Source of the DNA: Tubiluchus corallicola
Lineage: Eukaryota; Animalia; Priapulida
DNA: 64,000 nucleotides
NCBI GenBank assembly: GCA_030141605.1
Contig: JAQGDQ010002367.1
Location: forward strand, 868,001-932,000
Direction of reading: 5' to 3'
This document shows positions 12,308-23,892 of the stretch, in pieces. The stretch's first letter is position 1. Every line of letters starts with the position of its first letter. Below the pieces are notes generated by a model. It did no database searches, was not told the origin of the DNA, and saw only the letters and a list, made by a program, of their open reading frames with translations. Both the position numbers and the translations under genes were made by a program.

Positions 12308-14039
12308 TAGTTAGAAATCTAAAACTGCCCAAGCACAATGCGAAGGTGCTAATCCACAGACCAAACACAAGTTTGCAAAATAAAACCACAAGTTTCTACA
12401 AGCTAAGTCAGAGATTGTGTGGACACAGTAAGCAACTTTAAAATTTTCTTGTGGATTTGCAGAGCTGCAGACCTACACTGCTTGCAGAACCAGCAAAGTC
12501 ATGGAAGCAATCTATTTATTTTGCAGATCCAGCTCGTGGAATCTAGAACCGATTTGACTGACAGCTTAATTCACTTTGTTTCTACGGCTCTGGCTTAAAA
12601 CATGCACATCAAGCCTGACCAGTCACTTAGTAAATGATCTACCTCCATGCCAAGCAAATGCTTGCAGTCTCACAAACAGCCTAATCAAAATAAATTAGCA
12701 TCGCAGCTTTAAAAGTTACTGATTTTTTGCACTCGATTCAAGTGGATTTAACGTATAGATAAAACACCGCAACTTTATTAAAAATTAACTGGGACTTATT
12801 AATAAAAGAAAGTTTATCTATGTACCCTAATAAGCCTTTTCTTAATGTACAAAGCAGTTCAATGCCTTTAACTTTATTCTTAAACACATAGCTATTTGTT
12901 ACTGTATCAGTCACTTCTCTACAGGTCTGCTTTATCGTTATATATTTGGCTTTTTGTAAATACATAATTAGTGCATAATTTACTGTGTCAATTTCTTTTC
13001 TAGTGGCCTGGTTATTTATTACCTATTTGGCTTCTGTTAAATACATGGTTAGTTTTAATGTACAGAGTTTGCGGATTTCAAGAAACCAGTCTTTTCAGAC
13101 ACAAAAAAATAATAATGGGACGATATTAAAATTTTTAACGACGCCAATTTCCAAAACGATTCTTGATTTAGACATTTTTGCTCCTTGTAGACCATTCTCG
13201 ATGCAAATGACAATTAGTATATTGAAATTAAACGTGCAATACGGTACCAACCTTTCAAAATGAACTAACTGTTTTGACTGTTGAATTTAAGTTTAATGCA
13301 AATTTAGCTAGAGTGGTCCCAAGCAAACTTTGTTACTCATATGGTATGTTATTTAGAGTGACCAGTACATTTTGAAAAAGGCGTAAAATTGTTGCATGTT
13401 TATTTTTATAACACTAATTGTCATTTACATTAATAATGCTTTACGATAAGCGAAACGACTGGAAAATAAAGTTTCCATGCTACCATACCAGCATTTATTA
13501 GGGGCGTATTCAAAAATAATCACTGGCACTTACTTTTCTCAAAATTTTTGTATATTAGTTTGAAGAAATTAATGATTTACATTATGAGCATAAGCATATC
13601 TACTGCTACTTGTGCACTTACTTGCAGATGTTCCAGACTTCCAGCCTGATTGTTTTCATTCAAACATGTCAAAGGGTTGGTATAAATGTACCATAGTGAT
13701 GCCAGTTTACACAATGTTGTCTTTTTTACCATGAAATGCTACGAGTTACGAATTATTATATTAGAAATCATGAACGTGCCTGATAATACACTGAACAGAT
13801 TGTAAAAACTTTAGTAAAATCAATTGCGGATTAAGATTTTTGAAGTTCTCGACATAGATGCAACACATAATATACATAGAGGCATTAAATAAGCTAAAAA
13901 TAGTAAAAAACATAGTTGATAGCAATTCAGACAGAACTGGGGCCATACTCCACATTTAATAGTGTTTATAGGTCACAATACATTAGCAGATACCATAATT
14001 TTGGAATACCAAAATGCGAAAAAAAACGTTAAAAATCTT

Positions 14040-14836
14040 GGCGCTATTACACTTTCGCACCTCCTAGTTTTTTCTGGCCTATTGTTTGTTTTCACGCCTG
14101 CAGGCCAGAAAGCAGACCAACAGGCGTAATATATACCATATTCCCATAATATTATTGGTTTTTAGGCCTTACAATTCCAGATTAAAGTCATACATTACTT
14201 ACCGTCACCAACACGCAAGAAGCTCCACGTGAATAACTGTGTTTAGCGCAGTGACGTATGTGGCCCTTAACCTGTATTTTTAGTTTCTTTGCATAATTTA
14301 TGATTATTATGGTTGCAGCCACGGAAGTTTGTATCGTATTAGAGTGTGCCCTTGTTACTTCAAAAATATTAATGTAAAATATTTATCGCGATATCTTCGG
14401 TGTTTCGATGGTATCAAAATAGTGGTAGTGATGACGATAACGATAAAAATAACACTGCAGTAATGGTGGTGATAATGAGTATATATCATTAATTTTATTT
14501 ATTACTGTAGTATTATTAGATTATAAAAGTAAAGGTTTTTTCTTTATTTCGTAAATGCGGTTAAGATAAAAGTGTGTCAAGTGCCTTTTAAGCTAGGCCC
14601 TCATAATGCATACACTAGTACGAAATTCGTCACGTGACTACACACACAAACATGATGGCGATACGAACTGTATAGTGTACAACTGTGAATACAACGTAAT
14701 TATACACTAAATATATGAGTAAATTACCACGAGATTAGCGGAAACATTCACTGATGACGTGAGAATAATAACCTACGAGCCTAGAAACGAGTAATAACCT
14801 AGAAAAAACTAGGAGGTGCGAAAGTGTAATAGCGCC
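14040..14836. mobile_element. Non-autonomous DNA transposon with a perfect 36-bp TIR and 8-bp TSD (Merlin-like)
   Basis: TIR GGCGCTATTACACTTTCGCACCTCCTAGTTTTTTCT at 14040-14075 and its exact reverse complement at 14801-14836. TSD AAAATCTT at 14032-14039 and 14837-14844. GG termini with an 8-bp TSD suggest Merlin. Confidence 0.9.
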
Positions 14837-15163
14837 AAAATCTTAAACCTGGTAATGCAGATTGCTTGTTTTGAATCTATATTACTATTATTATCACAGT
14901 CTAAGGTTTTCATAACTTAGCCCTCTGCATGTTAGTTTGGTATACAGAACAATACTTAAAAATAAAATGCACAAAAAGCTCACTGCAGTTTTTATAGAAA
15001 TTTTATTATTCTAGCAATTTACACGCTACTTCGAATACATTAATATTTCCCTAATTCAGTGATTTTCCGAACTTATAGACTAGGTGAGCCCAATGAGGTA
15101 CTGCAAAACGCTTAAACTTTTCTTTACTTTCCTGCCTTTAACTAAAACAACGGTGTTTCTAAC

Positions 15164-15440
15164 CTGCTTCGAGAAGCAGTCTACATGCAAATAATGTGAT
15201 TGAAATCATTGAAACCAATTTCACTTCATCGTGAACATCAAGTCCGTCAACCACTGACAACAAGTCAGCTGATTGATTCAGTAGCTGTTCTTTTGTTTTA
15301 CAGCCTACTGGGATGTGGTGACATCTACGGCAATTTTGTAAACTATTTGAAAAAGTACAGTAAGCAAAGCCAAACATAAACAAGAAGATGATGGCTGTGT
15401 ATGGGTTTCTATGCTTGGTTCTCCTTAGAATATTCTGCAT
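15164..15440 (-). CDS. Probable upstream or first coding exon of the RING gene (MQNILRRTKH...CRLLLEA)
   Basis: Open frame with hydrophobic segments. The gttaga donor in phase 1 joins 9986 in frame. The start is either aaaATG at 15440 or the acceptor at 15435-15436. Confidence 0.62.
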
Positions 15441-16450
15441 TTTAAAAGGTACGTCAGTTTTCTGAGTTTGTTTGTCTTTCGAATTTTCCTTGCATCGACA
15501 GTGCCTGCCAGTGATGCTACTGCTATTTTTATGAATGATCAGTAAGCTGAGTAACTGAGACTGGTGTTTTTTAAGACCCGTCTGTCATTCTTAAAACTAT
15601 TAGGGCAATTCGTTTTTGTATTCTACATTGTAAATTATTATACTAGTGTTGCAGCTGACAGTTTTTTAAGTGTTTACTTGCATTTGTTGTTAAATATACA
15701 ATCATGTACAGTAATATATTTCTATTAAATTCGTCAGTAGATACCGTCCTTTGGTCTAGAGTAGATCTACAGTACTAAAATTTAATTTGTAATCAATACA
15801 GTTTTCAGCCTTACCACAATTATGTGAATTATTGCCAAGCGTTTGGTTTTTGCGCAAAACTACTTTCCTGTACATTCCCCTTCCAGGTAATTTTCGTTTA
15901 CTGATACTGCTTGTATATTCATTGTGCTGTTTAATTGTCAAGTTAAATAAATAAATTACTTATCTTTTCTGTAATTGTGTTATTACGCCAATAAAAACAA
16001 AATTTTGATGAAATATATGTCGTTACCTGAGTACCTGTCTGTCTCCTGGCGCGGCTATTTTTGTTTTACATTGGTATCCAGGTAACGGTGCTGCACGCTC
16101 CAGTGACCTTTAAATCAACTCCCACGCAGGGACAGGTAGTGCTAGCAGACTGGTGTGATACATGCAGCGGCAGGCACTATGATCTACTGTTAAATAACTT
16201 CAGAAGTTCTCTTTTTAATCAATGCATGGTTAGCTCAATTTTTCGTTACATAGTTTAAAGCTGAAATGTGCATAAAGTATTAGCAAAAGTTAATATAATT
16301 ATGAAGCAAAATGTAGTCATAAACTTATAAATAACCTAACTAACTAACTATTATAATCTTAATGTCAAGACTATTACTAATGATGGTACAAACCCACAAT
16401 TAATTAAATGTTGATTACCAAAATGGAAAGGGGGAAATGTGAAAAAGTTG

Positions 16451-16524
16451 GGATACAGCCTGGATTTGAACCGGGTGCCTTCTGCTTAAAAAACATCTAC
16501 CTTAGACCACTAGATTACTGCATC
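16451..16524 (-). pseudogene. tRNA-Lys(TTT)-like pseudogene or SINE head
   Basis: Cloverleaf spacing: acceptor GATGCAG/CTGTATC, A box TAATCTAGTGG, loop TTTTTAA, T arm CCCGG-TTCAAAT-CCAGG. The anticodon stem is broken and there is an internal T6 Pol III terminator. Confidence 0.6.
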
Positions 16525-17734
16525 CCAGTGTGCAAGACAGTCCAAAGTTTATCCCATTGGTGGCCAACCGAATTCAGCTTTTCCAACGTTAGGTCGCTCA
16601 CACTAGAGTGCTTTCAACAAATTACAACTCTATATTATAATAAACATTTACATAATAAACACTTCTAAGATTAGCATAAGAAGCATTTTAAATTGAAACT
16701 AACAATTTACGGGATAAGTCGTCTTTAATGTAAATAAAATATAGGCTTGATTATAGAAAACAAGCACACATTTCTCTGGATTTCAGCAATTAAAATCACA
16801 TGTTACAATACCGATTAGTTCACATATGGTCCCTTTATTTCCACATTTTTGGACAGGATGTCGTATTTTGCACCCCGATTTTAACTGGTTACACAGATCT
16901 GCCTATCTAGCGTCATATTCGGGGTTGCCAAGGTTTATCACAACAGAAACATCTGCATCAGGGTGTCTGGTGTCCTCTCCCAAGTGTCCCACTTGGCGAT
17001 TTTTGTTGGTCATCAAAAGTGCATAATAACACGTGAAGGAAAGTGAGCCCACTTTGCAATGTTTATGGTGTCACTCATGTGTTCGTCAAATGATCGTTGG
17101 GTGAGTGGGGTCATTTGGAAGTAATGGAGACTAGTGTTTGATGTCACTAGTGTAGTGGTCGCTTTAATTATAGCAAAGCGAGAAGTTTTATTTACTCAAA
17201 CCCCCGCTAGTACACTGGCGTCGGGTATTGCCGATAGCAAAAATTTCAGATGCTAATATAAAATATAAGGCAGTTTTGACAGTTCCGAGTGTCTTATAGT
17301 ACTTTTAGCTGTTTTGATCTCAGGCTGTATTACATGTCAATGTAATTCAACAATAACTCCGGCATTTGAAGCTTATTTTTTGTCCATGTAAATTTTGAAT
17401 GTAAAGATACGATAACCATAAGTTTTTCTCAACTCACAGCAGATGTTTGGTTTAATTTATTGCACTTTTGTTTGCATGCTTTCGGCCTGAACTTACATTA
17501 CTGTAAAACTATGGTTAACTTGGCCACCTTTCTATAATTATTGATTCTTTTGTCATACCAATTAATTTGAGTCTTTTTGGCATTACTGACTAATGTTTGA
17601 AAAACGGGTGTGCATGGGTGTTAATTAAAATTTCTTAATTATGCACTTTTAGACAAAATCTTAATTTTTATGCTAAAATACGGAAGCTGTTGTACTCCGT
17701 TGACTGCATTCTCCTTGAAGAGACAAACAGTGAT

Positions 17735-18119
17735 CTGACAGCATAACTTCTATAACTTTAAAATTGACAACGAACAATGCTGTGACACTATAACCCCTAT
17801 AACTCTAACTTTGATGATGAACAGTGCTGCAAGGCGTAACCCCTATAACTTCAACTTTGATGATGAACAATGCTGCAAGGCATAACCCCTATAACTTTAA
17901 CTTTGACGATGAACAATGCTGCAAGGCATAACCCCTATAACTTTAACTTTGATGATGAACAATGCTGAAACGGAGTAACCCCTGTAACTTTAAGGTTGAT
18001 GACAAACAATGTTCTAATAGCATACCCCTGTAACTTTATGTTTGGCAAATTGACGATCAACAATGCTATAACAGCCTAACCCCTGTAACTTTAAAGCTGA
18101 TGACAAACATTGCCCCGAC
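17735..18119. repeat. 46-bp minisatellite, ~8 units (GCATAACCCCTATAACTTTAACTTTGATGATGAACAATGCTGCAAG)
   Basis: Period 46 (17881 to 17927). Central units are homogeneous and edges degenerate; the last unit is interrupted by MITE B. Confidence 0.9.
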
Positions 18120-18525
18120 TAAGGATGTTAACGATAACTATACGTATCGATAATTATTGAATATCGTATCGATACGAAAAATTTGTTTTGTCGTTATCGT
18201 ATCGATATTATTCTAGGTATATCGTTATCGTATCAATTTTGGCTTGTTCATTGCTTATCGCTTAATTTTATAAAATTGCTTCACTTTTTTTCAATTTACT
18301 TACAGAAATTAAGCAAAACAGTGGATGAAAAGAATTATTTAAATTTGTCAGACGTATGCTTGTCAGACGCATGCAGTTGCACTTTCGCTTTGCGTTAGTG
18401 GTTATCTTTATTCTGATTCTGAATCATACAGACTCGCAGATGCCGAATACAGTGTACCGTATTTTTGGTGTCTTCGGACATGTGTAATTGTGCAGCTCGC
18501 ATAGATAAATCTTTATATTGTAGTA

Positions 18526-18556
<31 letters not shown>

Positions 18557-18820
18557 AGCTTGCTTATTTAGATGCTACATTATAACAACGAAGCAGAAAA
18601 TTTCGTGCGTAGTCACGAATGGTTACATAAATAGTTTAATTATTAGAGATACTTTTTCTGTTGTTGCATAAATTTTCTAACTTCAGTGTCGGTTTTATCG
18701 CTCGAAATAATTTATCGTATCGTATCGTCTAAAAAGTGGATTATCGTTATCGTATCGTTGGAAAAAGTATCGTATCGTATCCTTATTGTATCGCCAAATT
18801 TGTATCGTTTAACATCCATA
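18120..18820. mobile_element. hAT-type MITE family B copy 2
   Basis: Termini TAAGGATGTTAA.../...TTAACATCCATA, 8-bp TSD gccccgac/gccctgac, TATCG repeats. Inverted homolog of 6489-7156. Confidence 0.85.
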
Positions 18821-20039
18821 GCCCTGACAACGTAACTCCTTTTAATGTAAGATTAACCTAACTAAGAATATTTGTTCTGTAATTTGTAAATTACAAAGCT
18901 GTTTAACCGGATCCTCAAAAAGGAAACCATTCGGTCTGAGCAGCTTTTATTTTATTGTTTTACACAACACAAAGGCAGAATTCCAAACCTGAAAGGTTTT
19001 CCGGGAATAGACCACAATGAAGTTACACAAGTTGTTGAAAATTATTCTGAGAAGGTTTGGTACAGCAATAACTTGAAAAAGTTCACCCATTTTACACCAA
19101 TATTTTCTTGGTTGGCTCTTACACAGAAAAAAAATCTTTTTAGATCTTTACAATGTTTATGCTGATCATTATGACAACTATGAGAAATGAATTACAACTG
19201 TAACTTCTTAATCACTTATCTCGTTTCTTGTGCCCAACAGTCTGTACATGTCGTCTGGAACTTCATTAACTGCTTTGAACCGTATATCGTATTAGTTTAT
19301 AAAAAGTTTATAAAAAGCATCCTACGCCACATGACACTACGCACATTAGAAAGCAACAGCAAGAATAAAAATATTTTGCACAATGATGTTGAAACTGAGT
19401 GAAATGACAAAAGCTAATAAATCCATCCACTGATGATCAAAACTGCACAAACTTTCTACAAGGTCTTTGTTTTTTACACCTTCCGAAATGATGGTGATGG
19501 GTTATCTGTTAACAGATGCGACCTTCTTTATCAGGATGTTATTTAGAGCGTCATTTTACCGTTGCTGTAGAACCAAATATTTGCGAAAATTTAGAATACG
19601 CATTGTTTGGTTACAACGAGTAAATGGCGGAGTTCTGTATTACACGAACAATGAGAACAAAACTGGCTTAACGGCGAAGAAGATCCGTTTATAGATTTAC
19701 ATCGCAAGCGAGCAACCCACAAAGATCAGTAGACAGGAAATTGTAAAAGTTTTGTTAGCGTTGTTTTACATTTGTGCTTTTTTGTACTTTAAAGCTGTTA
19801 TATAACTTGTATTTTCTTATTTGAGCTTGTGCTTTTCAACAATGAATTCCTAGTCTGGAATGGTTTGTCCCGGTCGTCTGTCAAGCTGGATTATGCGTAA
19901 ATCCCGCGATGAGTCATCCCTTTCATCTTCAAGTCTTTCCCATTGCACAGGAAAGATTTACCTAAGTTTTATGGCCGTAATATATGCTTGATCATCGTGG
20001 TAGCTTCCACGCTAAATTTTGTCAGTTGGAAGAAAAAAC

Positions 20040-20350
20040 GCTGCAAATAGGAGTATGTCAAGGATGGCGACCATTTTCCTAAGCGTTAACTTTGTCTGTC
20101 TGTGACTCTGAGATTGAGTGCATCCGGAGCCGGAAGTAACATGACGTTGCTTCGCTCCTGAGACTGCACCTTTCTCCTGGATTCGGCCATAATCTGTTCG
20201 ATGCGCAGTGGTCCATTCATCTTCATTATTTCACTTTACGCGCTTTGGCTTTGCATAAACCGTTTTTATGGTAGAAGTTGAACGTTTTCACCATGCTGCT
20301 TAGTATAAAATGATTCGTACTTAGATCGATATATAGTATACGATACTATA
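20040..20350. promoter_or_regulatory. Candidate housekeeping-type promoter, probably of the minus-strand RING gene
   Basis: Locally CpG-rich with YY1-like GATGGCG (20063), ETS CCGGAAGT (20130) and TGACGT (20142). A minus-strand donor ag|gtaaat at 19961 lies just downstream. Confidence 0.45.
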
Positions 20351-20728
20351 CCATTATGCTATGCGAAATATGATTGTTTTAAGAATTAAACATAATATAA
20401 TTAGAATCTTTGTACCATGAGTGCGTACACATTCAGAAAACTTGGAGTAATTATTAAGCGCTTTACTTTTTTTTCAGAAAAGGACTAACCTGCTTTAAAA
20501 GCTGTTCGTCATCTCTAAAACACATTTATGGTTAAACTGTAACATGGTGATCTCTACTTTTTTACTACAGTCGGTGCAGGTAGTTGAAGTTTAACAGAGC
20601 ACCACAAACCACTAAAACAGAGTAAAGTGCTAAGAGAAAATGCAGAAATTTCGTTATGAAATAGAAATATGATAGCTATATGAAATCCTAATCGTGAGAT
20701 TGAGATCACTGTTAAGAATATATGCAGC

Positions 20729-20764
20729 AATAATAATAACAATAATAATAATAATAATAATAAT

Positions 20765-20796
<32 letters not shown>

Positions 20797-21030
20797 CGTT
20801 ATTTAATGTCGGCATTAAATTCAACAGAGAACACAAGCTTTGAGGCCTTTGTCGCTGAATGTAAATAACGAACTACAACGACATAATAGAGATACCCAAA
20901 ATAGCACGCGCCAGGCAGGGCAACAGCAGGTACCATTTTTAAAGTCTTTGGTATAACCTGCCGTAGTATCGAATAGGCCGAGAAAAATAAGATACTGTTG
21001 AGGGCGTCTCTAACTATCCAAAATTCTGTG
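20729..21030 (-). mobile_element. tRNA-derived SINE copy 1 with (CAT)n(TAT)n tail
   Basis: Shares the core ATACCAAAGACTTTAAAAATGGTACCTGCTGTTGCCCTG and the 3' end ...GTTGAATTTAA...TAAATAA with 48323-48547 and 53205-53590. Confidence 0.78.
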
Positions 21031-21449
21031 CTGATAAGCACTTACATATACGTTAGCGGCTTGGTTAAATATTTATTTCAAGAGTTGAGGTACTCTGGCG
21101 AGACAAGTTTAAACCGCTTCTACTTACAGAATTTTATCCGACTTGATAAGTTACTTTAGAAACACAGTTACCGAAAAAAGTTACGAGCCAGCAGGTTTTG
21201 AACCAAGAGCCTTGGATTTTACTATTTCTGTAGTTAAACTCATGTCTCGCTTTTGCACTTGCTATTTTCCACGAATGTACTGCATAAATGATAAAACTCA
21301 AGAGACGAAAAGCTGGTTTTTGGAGCCAAAGAGGTGAATAGCCAAGGAGGTCATCTCAGATTTATTTAATCAGCCTATTTTTTTATTTAGTTGGGACATG
21401 AAATTGTCCACGCAACCGACGTCCAAGAGTTAAATGAAGCCAGTCAGGT

Positions 21450-22200
21450 CACGTGTTACTCTTGAAAGGGTCTCTGATGATCTGCAAGGCGGGTGGTTCT
21501 AATGAATACTGGCAGCAGTGTGTACTGAGTTTGCCATTAGCCTCCTGCCTTACATTGCCTCACAATAGAAGCATTAACATGCAGAAATTGCTACGCATGA
21601 AGGGGCAAGCACAGGGTTTTTATGAAGGGCATACCCAAGTAGTGTTTAAAACAGGAGGGATAACGTATTAAGAGAGTGCTGGCAAGTGTACGAATGGCGG
21701 AGCGTAAATTAACGTGGCTGAGGACGGAACCAAAATCGAACAGGGCTGAACAAATGCGCAGATTTACTGGAAAATGTTACCTTTATCTGGAAGGCGTAGA
21801 TGTTTGCGGTTTTTTGTGATTGTGATTCTTTGTAGGTTTTTTGGATTAGATAAATGTATGGTGTACTGAATTTAATGTGTGTTGGCAAATACGAGCATGA
21901 ACGTGAGCTTTCGAAACTCACCCAGAGACTGCCCAAATGCATGGTGCAGACAGAGAAATACATACAAAATGTCTTACGATTAAAGCAGTATTCAGTTATA
22001 AAAACACTTAATGGTAGCAATGCAAACAAATGAAATCAGGAGTACTTAAAATGTCAATTAGCAAGTTAGGTAACAAGTTAGTAACAAATAAAATACGTAC
22101 TTTTTAAAATAGTGGAACTGAAATCCTTTTGCCCAAGGAGAAATTTCAGCCCATTGTTGGATAGCAGTATATCAAGGATTTCGGTAGCTGTAACTAGCGT
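21450..22200 (-). pseudogene. Highly decayed LINE RT/thumb relic (I/Nimb-like?)
   Basis: Scattered minus-strand peptides NNGLKF, AFVQP/LFDFGSV and YCEA in the expected order, in different frames. Confidence 0.3.
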
Positions 22201-23509
22201 GTATGGCAGGAGGATAAAAGTTACCAATAGTTCTACCAGTAAAACAGTTATGGATTTGTTGAACGGAGTTAAATAATTGACAAATGTAGGGGGAAGAAGC
22301 CATTATAATATTTGTACAAAAACAATGGACATTCACGGTGATACAGTTAGTTAATTGTCAACATTGTTTGTTTGTTGTAACGCTTTGTTTGCATATTATG
22401 AGGCTGAGTAATGATTGTAGATAGCTTATTTATCGAAAATATTTGTGTGATGTGTAAATTGCTGCTGTTGTCGCCGTTGCCGATGCCACGGCTGCTACTA
22501 CTGCTATCACCACTACCACCATCATTATCACCATTATCACTACTACTACCGCTATCATTACTACTTCTATTACTATTTGGACGAAAGCAATTAAAGTTGC
22601 GAGAAAGTAAAAGGTGCGAGTCGAGTCTGCAAAAGCCATAAAGCAGATTGTCGTCAATAGTACAATCGCGTTGAAATTTTACTGAACCACAAAAAATTTT
22701 AGTAACAAGTCTTAGAAGTATTAGTAAAAAATCATTTCTTTATTACTTGATCTTTATTTTATTTTGGGGAAGCATGGTTATTATTGATTTGTAGCGATCT
22801 TTGAGCACTGGGCTTCAGCAGACACTGTGACTGATTGAGCAACTGTGCATGTTACGTCACTTGAATGCCATTATGAATATGGCTTCACGCGATGACACGT
22901 CTCAATTTGAGATGCTGCGTAGATTGATGACAAATGGGTTGGCTGCCTCTTTCCCACTAACCAATAAATCCCCGGTGACTTCCCTCAAACTAATTGTTTT
23001 GCTTTGCTGCTGTGTTATTCACGTGGAACACTCTAGCAAGGAGTGAGCAGAATTCTTGTTGACAGGCTGGGAAGAAATGTTTTATTGGCGTAACAAGCAA
23101 GCTCTAAAACTCGCCAAGCCAAGCCGTAAAATGTAACAAGACTGTTCTTGGTTCACAATTAGACCTAATTGCATTACACACGAACCATGGCTGATTGCAA
23201 ATGGGTATTTTTAGCCTTGTGTTCACTGCTGCATAAGTCTGATAGCGTCTGGAGTGCCTAATAACAACAGTCGTCACTATCGTCATCAACTAGCCTTAAC
23301 GAATTTCAGCCAATGACTTTAACCTGCCTCCTAAATGGAATTCTCTAATCATAGTTGCTGAATCAAATCCGTTTAATTTACAAATCGATTAAGTGTGTAG
23401 TCAGAGCATAGGTTAGTTGAAGCGCCTTGGTACGGTAGACTGTAATATTTCATAAAAATGTTGCGTTATGTTCCATGCAGCAAACTTGGCTTTATATAGC
23501 CGATATCAT

Positions 23510-23892
23510 CAGGGCCGGGTTACGATCTTTTGGGGGGCACCTAAGCTAATGAAATTATGGCGGTCCCCTCAGATGGAGCCACCCTCTGACTTGCCCGCAC
23601 CCGTCTTGAGTATTTTTTACTCGCGATATATTTCAGCAATAGCTTGAAGGAAATTTATTGAAGATTTTTAAACTAATCTAGAATAGCTATTTTAGTTTAA
23701 CAGTAAACTCTTATTTATCAATAAAAATATTCTTTAAGAAATACTACTATTTTACAATTCATTGCAAAGCAAATTAGCACATATTTCAACACAACCGTAG
23801 TGCAAAGACAGATTTTTTTATTAAATGTATTATCAAAGCTTGAGACGCCTTAGGCCGCAGCCTACGCTAGCCTATAGGATAACTCGACCCTA
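23510..23892. mobile_element. hAT-like MITE (CAGGGCCGG-type termini)
   Basis: CAGGGCCGGGTTAC ... ATAACTCGACCCTA imperfect TIR. No clear TSD. Confidence 0.55.

Noticed and set aside
14745-14800. Hammerhead at CTGATGA...GAAA in the Merlin-like MITE (also at 24410)
   Set aside because: No stem II closes on GAAA, and there is no stem III or cleavage triplet.
17735-18119. CRISPR-like or telomeric repeat (TAACCCCT)
   Set aside because: A contiguous 46-bp minisatellite, neither spacer-separated nor (TTAGG)n.
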